From assembly GCA_903881665.1 (NCBI GenBank), contig CAIRUC010000111.1:4815-68814 (forward strand): a stretch of DNA of 64,000 nt. The letters run 5' to 3'. This document shows positions 19,183 to 29,162 of the stretch, one piece after another. The notes below the pieces were generated by a model. That model was not told the origin of the DNA. It made no database searches and worked only from the letters and a program-made list of their open reading frames with translations. Position 1 is the first letter of the stretch. Every line of letters begins with the position of its first letter. The translations under genes and the position numbers were made by a program. The DNA comes from an uncultured Bacteroidota bacterium. Its GTDB lineage: Bacteria; Bacteroidota; Bacteroidia; AKYH767-A; OLB10.

Positions 19183-20865
19183 ATGAAATTAATCCATATA
19201 ATAAAGGCTATTCAAAAAACACTCCCAACAGTCGGTGTGTTGATGGCTTTATTGCTTTATGGAAATTCTGCTTTTGCGGGAAATACAACATCATGGACAG
19301 ACACGCTTGCCTATCGTCAATACTATTCTTTTAAGCCTGAATTAATCCCGGGCATTGTGTCGAACGAAAGTGAAATTCGAGCTGGTCTATTATATGATGT
19401 AGATCGTGATCGAATTGTTTGGGAAAAGGATATGGATTATTCTTATCCTATCGCTTCACTTACAAAAATGATGGTAGGATTGTTAGCGGTGGAGGATATC
19501 GAAGCAGGTAAAGTTTGCTGGGACGATAAGATTACGGTTACTCGTACCTTCCGAAAAAAAATACGTCGCCGTCGTTATACTACATACACGGTTGAAGAAA
19601 AGTACACACTCGAAGATTTGTTGAAGATGGCCATGGTGGCTTCGCATAATGAAAGTACAGTATGGATAGCAAAGCATTGTGAAGGGTCACTGGAAGCCTT
19701 CATAGAGCGCATGAATAAGAGAGCTTTTGAGTTGGGGATGATTAAAACGCAGTACAGCAATCCTTCGGGATTACCTGCAATCATCGACGAACTTGATAAT
19801 AGTGCATCACCTCGCGATCTTTTGGTATTAGGATTAGAGATCATGAAGCATCCGAAGTTGGTAGATATTACTTCAATTCCATACGCTACCGTTAGTAATG
19901 GTAAAGGGAATCAAACTTATAGAAACCATAATGGCTTAGTGATTAATTACAATCAAGAAGTCGATGGAATAAAAACAGGGTACACTAGAGCGGCTGGATT
20001 TTGTTTGGTTTCTACATGTACGCGCGGCGGACATCGTTTGATGTCGGTGGTGTTAGGCTGCCGTAGCCCTTGGGTGCGCAATGGTATTGTTGCTTCAATG
20101 ATCAATACATACTTTGATGCAATTAAATTGGGACGACTAGGTGAAGCTGCTGTTGATGGATTTGAATCGAGGGCGTTCCTCGATAGTGTTGAACGTGGAT
20201 TGGCAATGATATCGCCTTTCATTGAGCCCAAGGCAAAGGATTCCTCCGACGAATCGTACGCATACACCTATAAAACGGTAACGCAGAAAGTTCGCAAAAC
20301 ACATACTGTTCGACGAGGTGATAGTCTAGGGAAAATTGCTGATCGCTATAATATTGCTATCGTTGATTTGAAAAAGTGGAATCGTTTAAGGAAGAACACT
20401 ATCACGCCAGGACAAAAACTAGCAATTTATTCAACGGTAAAAAAAAGAATTCCTGTTAAGCTAGTTGTTGATCCAGAAGAATCGGTAGCAGATAATTTTT
20501 CCCCATCTGAAAATGCAGAGGAGCAGGAAACAATAATAAAGAGCGAGCGTATTGTAAATGAAAAAAAGGAATCTGTTGTTGCCGAGAAACTAGATCCACG
20601 TGTACAAAGTATTTCTGACGATACACTTTCTTCTGAAAGAGAAGAACCGGTTATGTTAAAGCAAAATAAAGTTTTTACAAAAGTAAAACCTGCTCCAAAT
20701 AAAAAATCTTCTTTTATTTATCACGTAGTTCAGCCCGGTGATACTTTATGGAATATCGCTCAACGTTACCAAGCAAATGTTGATCAAATTAAAAAAGTAA
20801 ACCGTATCAGTAATTCACGCTCATTAAAAAGCGGTACAAGAATTAAGATTCCTGTTAAAGGTTAA
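19183..20865 (+). CDS. D-alanyl-D-alanine carboxypeptidase (S11) with two C-terminal LysM domains
   Basis: SLTKMM is the SxxK motif, SHNE is SxN-like and KTGYT is KTG. Two LysM repeats are present ([17 protein letters not shown]... and [17 protein letters not shown]...), separated by an acidic/Ser-rich linker. Confidence 0.85.
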   Translation: MKLIHIIKAIQKTLPTVGVLMALLLYGNSAFAGNTTSWTDTLAYRQYYSFKPELIPGIVSNESEIRAGLLYDVDRDRIVWEKDMDYSYPIASLTKMMVGLLAVEDIEAGKVCWDDKITVTRTFRKKIRRRRYTTYTVEEKYTLEDLLKMAMVASHNESTVWIAKHCEGSLEAFIERMNKRAFELGMIKTQYSNPSGLPAIIDELDNSASPRDLLVLGLEIMKHPKLVDITSIPYATVSNGKGNQTYRNHNGLVINYNQEVDGIKTGYTRAAGFCLVSTCTRGGHRLMSVVLGCRSPWVRNGIVASMINTYFDAIKLGRLGEAAVDGFESRAFLDSVERGLAMISPFIEPKAKDSSDESYAYTYKTVTQKVRKTHTVRRGDSLGKIADRYNIAIVDLKKWNRLRKNTITPGQKLAIYSTVKKRIPVKLVVDPEESVADNFSPSENAEEQETIIKSERIVNEKKESVVAEKLDPRVQSISDDTLSSEREEPVMLKQNKVFTKVKPAPNKKSSFIYHVVQPGDTLWNIAQRYQANVDQIKKVNRISNSRSLKSGTRIKIPVKG

Positions 20866-20879
20866 TAAACATCAAAACC

Positions 20880-21440
20880 ATGTATAAATTCTTTTGTGCT
20901 ATTGTGGTTTCAGGACTACTTAGCTTTCATGCGTTGGCGCAAACTCAGAAATCGACAATAAGAATGCCGATCGACGAAACCACAAAATTGATATGCTATT
21001 CAAAAGTAAATGAAGTAGCAGGTGAGGCGAAAGATGTTTTGTTCGATCGTGCCGTTGAATGGGCAACAACTTACTATAAGAATCCTACAGATGTAATTCG
21101 CGAAAAAGATAAAGAAGGAGGAAAGTTGGTTTGTAAAGCACGTTATAAAATGTCTAATCCACCCGATAAAAAAGGAGTATCTACGGATGCAGGATTAGCG
21201 CAGTATACGTTAACTATTCAATTTAAAGAAGGACGTTATAAGTACGATCTCACTGCTATAAATTGGAAGCAAATATCTTATTACGCTGCCGAGAAATGGA
21301 TGGATACTGCAAATGCAAATTACAAACCCGAATTCGATTTTTATCTTCAGCAAGTTGACCAACAATCAAAAGAAATTTTGAAGTCGCTAGAGAAAGCGTG
21401 CGCAGTTGGAAAGGCAGATAAGGGGAAGGATAATTGGTGA
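20880..21440 (+). CDS. Secreted hypothetical protein (DUF4468-like)
   Basis: The 186-aa ORF has signal peptide ...SFHALAQ. Its overall pattern resembles DUF4468. Weak assignment. Confidence 0.5.
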   Translation: MYKFFCAIVVSGLLSFHALAQTQKSTIRMPIDETTKLICYSKVNEVAGEAKDVLFDRAVEWATTYYKNPTDVIREKDKEGGKLVCKARYKMSNPPDKKGVSTDAGLAQYTLTIQFKEGRYKYDLTAINWKQISYYAAEKWMDTANANYKPEFDFYLQQVDQQSKEILKSLEKACAVGKADKGKDNW

Positions 21441-21460
21441 AAAGAATTTTGAATTTTTAA

Positions 21461-21545
21461 GTCCATATTCATAGTTCGGCGAAGCCGTTGAGGGTTCGAA
21501 TTTCGATATTCGAAGATGCCAAATTGGGTTGACGAATTTAATTTT
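21461..21545 (+). repeat. Copy of the GCGAAGC intergenic repeat (subfamily with GGGTTCGA)
   Basis: The sequence is gtccatattcatagttcgGCGAAGCcgttgagggttcgaatttcgatattcgaag, with the core at 21479-21485. It shares catagttcggcgaagc with the 51.0-kb copy and begins about 20 nt after a stop codon. Confidence 0.65.
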
Positions 21546-21838
21546 TAGCGCAAAGTTTAACCATAACAGGAAATAATTGTGCACAGACTTGGCGCTGATT
21601 GTTATAGATTATTTGTTCTAAGTTCGCTTAAAGTATTTAGTTAAGAGGAATCGAAGTCATCGAGGAAAAGATTTTTTTACTTTCAGCCATTAAACATGAT
21701 AAGTGTAAAGTTATTGATTTATTAGTTGTGGAAATGGAGGTTTGTTCTCAATCAACTAAAAAAATAAATTTATTTGGTGATGTTCAATATAAAATTATGT
21801 CGAACATCTATTTTTTATTTTCTATAGCCTATAGTCAA

Positions 21839-23026
21839 TTAATTAATTTTTTTAGATTTTGCTTCCCCGTTCAAAACCATATTCTCAATATTTACACCCT
21901 CTATTTGCACCAACCCCGGTGTCATCCCAACTTTTATCTTGCCGAATTTTTTATCGATGCCTAAGAATTCAGCTCCGTTAATAGTTACCCATTTGATGAG
22001 ACGCTCGAAAGGGATTTCAGGATGAGCAGCAGCGATTGTTTTTAACTCGCTTAAAATAGAGAGTTGATGATTACTCGCTAAACTATCGGTACCAACAGTT
22101 ACTTTTAAATCATCATTATTGTAAATGCAAAATTGCGGTAATCGTCCAGTGATATAGTTATTTGCATTCGGACATAAGCACCAATATAAATCATTATGCA
22201 AAGCTATGGCAATATCTATCTGCGCAGCTGTTGTGAGTGTATTGTGTACCATCATCAAAGGCTTGCAATTTGTAAGTAATGGTAATGTGTTTAACATCGG
22301 ACAAGCATCGCTAATATTATCAAAAAGGCGAATGTTTAATCCTAGTCCTAGGAAGAATTCAGATAATGGTCCCGATTTGTCTTTGCAAAACAAGAACTCA
22401 TCATCACTTTCCTGCATATGAATCGATACAGGTTGCTTTTTATGAAAAGCATTTTTATTTACTGCACTAATCAGAGCTCTCGACATTGAATAAGGAGAAT
22501 GCGGTACAATAGATGCATTTCCTTTTGTATTGAAAATATACTCATCGCAAAGCATCAATGCTTTTTCGAGAATAGCATCGGCCTTAGATGGATCTTGACC
22601 AACGACTTCTATGAACGTATGATAATATATCGATGATTTTTGTTTTACCTGAAGACTAATGTCGAAATTTGATATGTCGCCAACAGCAACGATGCCCTCA
22701 TCATACATTTCTTTATCAGCAAGAATCATTGCTTCAGTCATTTCATCATCAGAAGAACTAAATCGCTCAGAAAAAATGCCTTTTATAAACCCGGTCATTC
22801 CATCAGTTTGCATTTTTGTTTTCCCTTTCAAATGCGAGAGTTCAAGGTGGCAGTGACTATTTACAAAGCCGGGTGTAATCACTCCTTTTATCTCGGTAAA
22901 AGATGAGGAGTTGCTATCTTGACCAACAGCTACAATTACTCCTTCCGAATTGACATCCACATAGCCATTTCGCAGTGGAGGACCATCGTTGGTGATAATT
23001 AAATCCGATTTAAAAGTCCTGATCAT
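21839..23026 (-). CDS. Amidohydrolase-family metallo-hydrolase (nucleoside/aminofutalosine-deaminase-like)
   Basis: PGFVNSHCHLELSHL is the HxH metal motif. SIHMQES and VGTDSLASN are typical downstream metal ligands. Confidence 0.8.
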   Translation of the reverse strand: MIRTFKSDLIITNDGPPLRNGYVDVNSEGVIVAVGQDSNSSSFTEIKGVITPGFVNSHCHLELSHLKGKTKMQTDGMTGFIKGIFSERFSSSDDEMTEAMILADKEMYDEGIVAVGDISNFDISLQVKQKSSIYYHTFIEVVGQDPSKADAILEKALMLCDEYIFNTKGNASIVPHSPYSMSRALISAVNKNAFHKKQPVSIHMQESDDEFLFCKDKSGPLSEFFLGLGLNIRLFDNISDACPMLNTLPLLTNCKPLMMVHNTLTTAAQIDIAIALHNDLYWCLCPNANNYITGRLPQFCIYNNDDLKVTVGTDSLASNHQLSILSELKTIAAAHPEIPFERLIKWVTINGAEFLGIDKKFGKIKVGMTPGLVQIEGVNIENMVLNGEAKSKKIN

Positions 23027-23080
23027 GGTACTGCGAAGGTAATTAGAGTTCTTGAACTCATCAACCCCGCAATCATTTTG

Positions 23081-23088
23081 TATCTTTG
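23081..23088 (+). promoter_or_regulatory. -7 box TATCTTTG abutting the rlmN start codon
   Basis: Exact TAnnTTTG match ending 4 nt before the ATG at 23093. This implies a leaderless or near-leaderless transcript if the box is functional. Confidence 0.3.
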
Positions 23089-23092
23089 TGAC

Positions 23093-24142
23093 ATGTCGAA
23101 ACCGAATTTACGTCATCTTGAAGCCGATCAAATTAAGGCCTTTTTCATTGAAAAGGGTGATAAAGCATTTCGCGCTAAGCAGGTTCATGAATGGATTTGG
23201 CAGAAGTCGGCTCGTTCTTTTGATGAAATGACCAATCTTTCAAAAGATACGCGATCATTATTGGAAGAAAATTTTACTCTGGATCCTGTTACTGTTGACG
23301 ATCTGCAAATTAGTCGCGACCGCACCATTAAAAGTGCATTTAAGCTTCATGATGGCTATTTGGTAGAAGGCGTGCTGATTCCTACTGATTCTCGTATGAC
23401 CGCCTGTGTGTCGTCGCAAGTTGGCTGTAGCTTAACTTGCAAGTTTTGTGCTACAGGGAAGCTTGATCGTTTAAGAAATCTTCACTTCGATGAAATTTAT
23501 GATCAAGTGGCTATTATTCGCAAGCAAGCACTAGAAAATTACAATATCCCCTTAACAAATATTGTTTATATGGGAATGGGTGAGCCATTGTTGAATTATG
23601 CTAATGTGATGAAAAGTATTGATCGCATTACTTCTCCCGATGGATTAGGGATGTCGTCGCAACGTATTACCGTATCTACGGCTGGTATCGCCAAAATGAT
23701 TAAAAAATTGGGAGATGATCAAGTGAAGTTTAATCTTGCTTTATCATTACATGCAGCAAACGATGTAAAGCGTAGTCAGATTATGCCCATCAACGAAACA
23801 AATACGCTAGATGTTTTAGAAGAAGCGTTGAACTATTTCTACGATAAAACGGGAACTAGAGTAACGTTTGAATACATCGTCTTTAAAAATTTTAATGATA
23901 CTATTTCGGATGCGAAAGAGCTAGGTGCATTTGCTCGTAGAGTTCCAGCGAAAATTAATTTGATTGAATACAATACTATTGGAGATGGTATTTTTAGTAA
24001 TACGAGTGAAGAAAAATTAAATGCATTTGTGTCGACACTCGAGAATAATGGACATATCGTTAATGTTCGTCGTAGTAGAGGAAAAGATATTGATGCAGCT
24101 TGTGGACAATTAGCAAACAAAGGCGGAAAAGAAGAGAAGTAA
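23093..24142 (+). CDS. rlmN: 23S rRNA/tRNA adenine-C2 methyltransferase (radical SAM)
   Basis: The radical-SAM cluster motif CSLTCKFCATG is present, along with AFRAKQVHEWIW and the C-terminal catalytic Cys DIDAACGQL. The ORF-track start at 23078 is a TTG inside the promoter box. Confidence 0.95.
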   Translation: MSKPNLRHLEADQIKAFFIEKGDKAFRAKQVHEWIWQKSARSFDEMTNLSKDTRSLLEENFTLDPVTVDDLQISRDRTIKSAFKLHDGYLVEGVLIPTDSRMTACVSSQVGCSLTCKFCATGKLDRLRNLHFDEIYDQVAIIRKQALENYNIPLTNIVYMGMGEPLLNYANVMKSIDRITSPDGLGMSSQRITVSTAGIAKMIKKLGDDQVKFNLALSLHAANDVKRSQIMPINETNTLDVLEEALNYFYDKTGTRVTFEYIVFKNFNDTISDAKELGAFARRVPAKINLIEYNTIGDGIFSNTSEEKLNAFVSTLENNGHIVNVRRSRGKDIDAACGQLANKGGKEEK

Positions 24143-24143
24143 A

Positions 24144-24737
24144 TTAAGGATGAATGTTTTTCATGTAAGCTGTGACATACTTTCCTATTACATCAAATTC
24201 GAGATTTACCTTGTCGCCTTCTTTCAGTAGATGGAAGGTAGTACACTCATATGTGTAAGGTATTATTGCTACAGAGAAATGTTCTTTTGTTGATTCAATA
24301 ACTGTTAAGCTAACACCATTGATGCAAATAGATCCTTTGGGAACCGTGAAATGAATGCTGTAAGGGTTGTGCGAAATTCGATAATGCCAACTTCCATTTT
24401 CATCGGTGATTGATGCTATTGTTCCCGTCTCGTCAACATGACCTTGAACGATATGACCGTCGAGTCGCCCACCAGCAATCATACATCTTTCAAGGTTAAC
24501 GATATCGCCTACTTGCAAATACCCAAGGTTTGTACGGCGCAATGTTTCTGCAATAGCTGTTACAGAATAAGAATTATTTCGGATGTTCGTTACCGTTAGG
24601 CAAACACCGTTATGTGCTAGGCTTTGGTCCACTTTTAAATCACTTGTAAAAGGACATTCAAAAATAAAAGTGCGGTTTTCTCCGTGATCGCTAAACGATG
24701 TTAATGTTCCTGTAGCTTCTACAATTCCGGTAAACAT
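24144..24737 (-). CDS. ribE: Riboflavin synthase alpha chain
   Basis: It has the canonical N-terminus MFTGIVEATG, and the lumazine-binding repeat is duplicated (...NGVCLTV.../...NGVSLTV...). The start was moved to M16 of the track ORF. Confidence 0.93.
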   Translation of the reverse strand: MFTGIVEATGTLTSFSDHGENRTFIFECPFTSDLKVDQSLAHNGVCLTVTNIRNNSYSVTAIAETLRRTNLGYLQVGDIVNLERCMIAGGRLDGHIVQGHVDETGTIASITDENGSWHYRISHNPYSIHFTVPKGSICINGVSLTVIESTKEHFSVAIIPYTYECTTFHLLKEGDKVNLEFDVIGKYVTAYMKNIHP

Positions 24738-24858
24738 AATTTCTGCAGTTTTGGGTAAATTAGCTGCAAATATAAGGCTCATTTTCGGGTCGGAGGGTAT
24801 AGCGCACGATTTTTTAGTGTCGTTTTTCTAAGTTTAAGGTTTTATAACGAATAAGGCT

Positions 24859-24866
24859 TATTTTTG
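24859..24866 (+). promoter_or_regulatory. -7 box TATTTTTG upstream of the S9 peptidase gene
   Basis: Exact TAnnTTTG match, 21 nt before the ATG at 24887. Confidence 0.4.
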
Positions 24867-24886
24867 TTAGTCTATACATTAACCGT

Positions 24887-27028
24887 ATGAAATTACTAAA
24901 TAAAATTACTCTTTTGCTAATGCTTGCACCTGCAATGGTCTTTGCTCAGAAAAAGCAGTTTACAATAGAAGAAGCTGTGATGCAGCAGCGAACAACATTA
25001 GCTCCTAAGCGTCTTGCTCAATTACAATGGGTGAAAGGAGGTAGCGATTTTTCCTATGTTGATAAAGATAAGTTGATGTACGGCACTATCAAGTCGAAGT
25101 CTCCAGTAGTAATAATTACGTTGTCAGAGTTAAATGAATTGTTAAAGAAAGTTACTGCCGATACAATGTCTAGAATCATGGGTGTTTCATGGGACAACAA
25201 AGATTTTTTTAAAGTAACGACTGGTAATAAAATTGTGCTTGTTGATGTGAACTTGAAAAAAGGGATAGTTTGTGATAGTGTAACTATTCCAGATCAAGCT
25301 TTAGTGCCCGAATTAAATAGTAGCGGGGCTATTGCTTATGTGTTAAACGACAATATTTTTGTCGAAAGGAATCATCAATCGAAACAAGTTACTATAGATG
25401 GTAGTCGTGAATTAGTTTATGGTAAAAGTGTTCACCGTGAAGAGTTCGGTATCGATAAAGGGTTGTTTTGGTCGCGCAACGGAAATGCTTTGGCATTTTA
25501 TAGAATGGATCAAAGTATGGTGACCGATTATCCTATAGTTGATTTTTCTGAAAACCCAGCGATGGATAAATTAATTAAATATCCTTTTGCAGGCGGTAAA
25601 AGCCATGAAGTAAAAGTGGGTGTTTATGACTTAGTAACAGCTAAAGTTATATATTTAAAAACAGGACTTCCGAAGGATCATTATCTCACTAATATATCTT
25701 GGAGTCCTGATGGATTATCAATTTATTTAGCTGAATTAAATCGCGATCAAAATGAAATGAATCTGAATCAATACGATGCAATAAATGGAGATTTTGTAAA
25801 AACACTATTCACCGAAAAAGACGAAAAATACACAGAGCCATTGCATCCAATTGAATTTATTCCTGGAAATGCAAAACAGTTTGTATGGCAAAGTCGACGC
25901 GACGGATGGAATCATTTGTACTTATACAAAACGGATGGATCCTTAGTGCGTCAGATAACAAAAGGTGATTGGGAAGTAATTGATGTTGCCGGATTTGATG
26001 TTAAAGGCGTAAATATTTATTTCACCTCAACGATCAATAGCGGTATTAATCGCGATTTCTGTGTTGCTAAAGTTTCAACAGGAAAAGTAAAACGACTAAC
26101 TAGCGGTGATGGAGTGCATACTTGTGTTTTTAATGCCGAAGGCGGATATTTTATTGATAACTTTAGTTCACTAAACACGCCTCGTATAATAAAATTAATG
26201 GATCTAGATGGAAAAGAATCCCAAACGCTTTTAACAGCAGAAAATCCTATAAAAGAGTATGCAACGGGGATAACAAAAATGTTTTCGATAAAGTCGAAGT
26301 TAGGCGAAGATTTATATTGCAGAATGGTTTTGCCTGTAGATTTTGATTCAACTAAAAAATATCCGGTTATTGTATATTTATATGGTGGGCCGCATGTGCA
26401 ATTAGTAACCAATACATGGTTAGCTGGTGGTGATTTATGGTATCAGTATATGGCAGAAAAAGGATTCATCATTTTCTCTCTTGATAATCATGGAAGTGGA
26501 AATAGAGGCAAAGCATTTGAACAGGCTACTTTTCGACAGTTAGGAACTGTTGAAATGCAAGATCAATTGAGTGGTGTAGACTATCTGAAATCGTTAACGT
26601 ATGTTGATGCAAACAGAATAGGTGTTCATGGATGGAGTTTTGGGGGATTTATGACAACATCATTAATGACAAGATCACCTGGTGTATTTAAAGTAGCAGT
26701 GGCAGGTGGTCCTGTTATCGATTGGAATTACTATGAAGTAATGTACACCGAACGATATATGGATTCGCCTGATCAAAATCCAGAAGGATATAAAAAAGCT
26801 AATCTTTTAAATTATGTTGATCAATTAAAAGGTAAATTAATGTTGATACATGGAACGTCGGATGATGTAGTGGTTTGGCAGCATAGTTTAATGTATTTGA
26901 AGCAGGCGGTAAGTAAAAATGTGATGCTCGATTATTTTGTTTATCCAGGTCATCTTCATAATGTTCTTGGTAAAGACAGAGTTCATTTAATGGGAAAAAT
27001 TTCTCAGTATTTCTTAGAGAATTTGTGA
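24887..27028 (+). CDS. Dipeptidyl-peptidase IV family serine peptidase (S9B)
   Basis: A signal peptide and an N-terminal DPP-IV propeller region are present. The nucleophile elbow is GVHGWSFGG, with downstream GTSDDVV and HNV supplying the catalytic Asp and His. Confidence 0.9.
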   Translation: MKLLNKITLLLMLAPAMVFAQKKQFTIEEAVMQQRTTLAPKRLAQLQWVKGGSDFSYVDKDKLMYGTIKSKSPVVIITLSELNELLKKVTADTMSRIMGVSWDNKDFFKVTTGNKIVLVDVNLKKGIVCDSVTIPDQALVPELNSSGAIAYVLNDNIFVERNHQSKQVTIDGSRELVYGKSVHREEFGIDKGLFWSRNGNALAFYRMDQSMVTDYPIVDFSENPAMDKLIKYPFAGGKSHEVKVGVYDLVTAKVIYLKTGLPKDHYLTNISWSPDGLSIYLAELNRDQNEMNLNQYDAINGDFVKTLFTEKDEKYTEPLHPIEFIPGNAKQFVWQSRRDGWNHLYLYKTDGSLVRQITKGDWEVIDVAGFDVKGVNIYFTSTINSGINRDFCVAKVSTGKVKRLTSGDGVHTCVFNAEGGYFIDNFSSLNTPRIIKLMDLDGKESQTLLTAENPIKEYATGITKMFSIKSKLGEDLYCRMVLPVDFDSTKKYPVIVYLYGGPHVQLVTNTWLAGGDLWYQYMAEKGFIIFSLDNHGSGNRGKAFEQATFRQLGTVEMQDQLSGVDYLKSLTYVDANRIGVHGWSFGGFMTTSLMTRSPGVFKVAVAGGPVIDWNYYEVMYTERYMDSPDQNPEGYKKANLLNYVDQLKGKLMLIHGTSDDVVVWQHSLMYLKQAVSKNVMLDYFVYPGHLHNVLGKDRVHLMGKISQYFLENL

Positions 27029-27045
27029 CGTATATAAGTAATTAG

Positions 27046-27079
27046 AAAGCTCTATGATAAACATCATAGAGCTTTTTTT
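27046..27079 (+). terminator. Rho-independent terminator
   Basis: A 13-bp stem aaagctctatgat/atcatagagcttt is followed by a T7 run, 18 nt after the stop codon. Confidence 0.8.
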
Positions 27080-27124
27080 GTTTTATAGATTTAAAGTCTG
27101 CAATAGTTCCACATTACTGACAAA

Positions 27125-27132
27125 TAATTTTG
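27125..27132 (+). promoter_or_regulatory. -7 box TAATTTTG upstream of the CoA-disulfide reductase gene
   Basis: Exact TAnnTTTG match, 70 nt before the ATG at 27202. Confidence 0.3.
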
Positions 27133-27201
27133 GTCATTGTGACTAATGTTACTTTTAATGCCTCATTTTCATTTGACATTTGCAGTATCAATTTTACAGA
27201 T

Positions 27202-28887
27202 ATGAAATACATTATTGTAGGTGCCGTAGCAGGCGGAGCAAGTACAGCTGCTCGACTAAGAAGATTAGATGAACATGCCGAAATAATTATTTTCGAAAAA
27301 GGAGCTTATATCTCGTATGCGAATTGCGGATTGCCTTATTATATCGGCAATGTAATTACAGATAGAAATAAACTATTTGTGCAAACTGCAGATGCTTTTA
27401 ATCAACGATTCAAGATTGATGTTCGTGTGCAAACGGAAGTCATTGGCGTGAATGCAGATGAACATACAATCAAAGCGAAGAATTTAGTGACAGGGCAAGA
27501 ATATATTGAACATTATGACAAACTGGTTTTGTCTCCTGGAGCAGAACCTATTCGTCCGCCGCTGCCTGGAATTAATAACGAGGGAATATTCACACTTAGA
27601 AATGTAAAAGATACAGATTACATTAAAGCGTATGTTGATAGAAAATCGGTGAAGAAAGCAATAGTTATTGGCGGCGGATTTATTGGATTAGAAATGGCTG
27701 AAAATTTACATCGTTTAGGATTAGAAGTTAGTGTTATTGAAATGGGTAATCAAATTTTAGCTCCAGTTGATTACCCAATCGCTGCAATGGTGCAACAGCA
27801 TCTTCGTTCGAAAGGAGTTGACTTATTATTGAATAATGCAGTAACAGGATTTGAAAGAAATGGTGAGAAACTTATTGTAAATCTTAAAACAGGAAATTCA
27901 CTAGACGCAGATGTCGTAATTTTATCTATTGGCGTGAAACCAGACACGCGGTTAGCTGTAGGAGCAAGTCTTGAAATTGGTGAAGCAAGAGGAATAAAAG
28001 TTAATGAATATTTGCAAACATCGAATGCTAATATTTATGCTGTAGGAGATGCTATTGAATTTGCTAATCCGATAACCGGGCAACCTTTAGTCACCTATCT
28101 AGCTGGACCTGCGAATAAACAAGGACGAATATGTGCTAACAACATTGTGTTAGGAAATGTGCAGAAGTACAATGGATCAATTAATACAGCAATAGTGAAA
28201 GTATTCGACATGACAGTTGCTGCTGCCGGCACTGCCGTTAAACATTTAACACATGCAGATATAAAACATATCGTGTCAACCACGCACAATGGGGCACATG
28301 CAGGTTATTATCCAGGTGCTGGCCAAATGACTATTCAAATTGCCTTCTCGCCAAAAACAGGGCAGCTTTATAGCGCACAAATTGCAGGCTACGAAGGTGT
28401 CGACAAGCGAATAGATTTACTTTCATCTGTCATAAAAAGGAAAAGTAGTATTTATGAATTAATAGAATTGGAACATGCTTATGCACCGCCATTTTCATCG
28501 GCAAAAGATCCTGTAAACATGGCAGGTTTTGTAGCAGAAAATATTTTACTCGAACGATTAAATATTTTTTATTGGAATGAGATGGATAAAATAGGGACAG
28601 CGGATATTCTCCTTGATGTGCGACGAGAAGATGAATATAAAAAAGGAAGTATTGGAAATGCGATTAATATTCCGGTTGATGAAATTCGAAATCGATTACA
28701 CGAAATCCAGAAAGAAAAAAATATTTTTATCTATTGTGAAGCAGGGTTAAGGGGATACCTAGCGCAACGAATTTTACTACAAAATGGATTTTCATCGGTA
28801 CAAAATTTATCGGGAGGTTATAAGCTTTGGAAAGCTGCTACCGAAGAAGTTAACTATGCGACATCTTTACAAATGTTAAATACCTAA
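27202..28887 (+). CDS. CoA-disulfide/persulfide reductase with a C-terminal rhodanese domain
   Basis: IVGAVAGGAS is the FAD motif and SYANCGLPYY carries the redox Cys. A second dinucleotide fold is VIGGGFIGLE. The C-terminal rhodanese has active-site CEAGLRG. The start was moved to MKYIIVG. Confidence 0.85.
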   Translation: MKYIIVGAVAGGASTAARLRRLDEHAEIIIFEKGAYISYANCGLPYYIGNVITDRNKLFVQTADAFNQRFKIDVRVQTEVIGVNADEHTIKAKNLVTGQEYIEHYDKLVLSPGAEPIRPPLPGINNEGIFTLRNVKDTDYIKAYVDRKSVKKAIVIGGGFIGLEMAENLHRLGLEVSVIEMGNQILAPVDYPIAAMVQQHLRSKGVDLLLNNAVTGFERNGEKLIVNLKTGNSLDADVVILSIGVKPDTRLAVGASLEIGEARGIKVNEYLQTSNANIYAVGDAIEFANPITGQPLVTYLAGPANKQGRICANNIVLGNVQKYNGSINTAIVKVFDMTVAAAGTAVKHLTHADIKHIVSTTHNGAHAGYYPGAGQMTIQIAFSPKTGQLYSAQIAGYEGVDKRIDLLSSVIKRKSSIYELIELEHAYAPPFSSAKDPVNMAGFVAENILLERLNIFYWNEMDKIGTADILLDVRREDEYKKGSIGNAINIPVDEIRNRLHEIQKEKNIFIYCEAGLRGYLAQRILLQNGFSSVQNLSGGYKLWKAATEEVNYATSLQMLNT

Positions 28888-29122
28888 GTCTTTGGTCGAT
28901 CCTTATTAAGAGATAAAAGTTGAGGCAAAAAGAAAAATCCTTAATTTTTAAGGTAAAGTGCAAATGTTGAAGCCGCTACTGTAAATTGTTGAATTGTTAT
29001 TTTTAAACAATAATTAACGTAAATGTCTGGTTTTAAACATTAAACCATTGTGTTATTTTTATGGGTTAACATGGGTAAAACTTAAGCAATCCAAGGATTG
29101 GAATTGTTTCGGTGCTTTTTTC

Positions 29123-29130
29123 TATATTTG
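29123..29130 (+). promoter_or_regulatory. -7 box TATATTTG upstream of the BNR-repeat T9SS cargo gene
   Basis: Exact TAnnTTTG match, 33 nt before the ATG at 29163. Confidence 0.4.
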
Positions 29131-29162
29131 ATAGATTAAATTGACCAAAACAATCATAACCA

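Noticed and set aside
21488-21510. A tRNA or tRNA fragment, because of the T-loop-like GGTTCGAAT (also GGTTCGAGG at 42559)
   Set aside because: There is no complementary T-stem (CCCTC), acceptor stem, D-arm or anticodon arm. The word is part of the intergenic repeat family.
21728-21964. 78-aa plus-strand ORF
   Set aside because: It overlaps the 3' end of the amidohydrolase gene on the opposite strand, and its AT-rich sequence looks like non-coding DNA.
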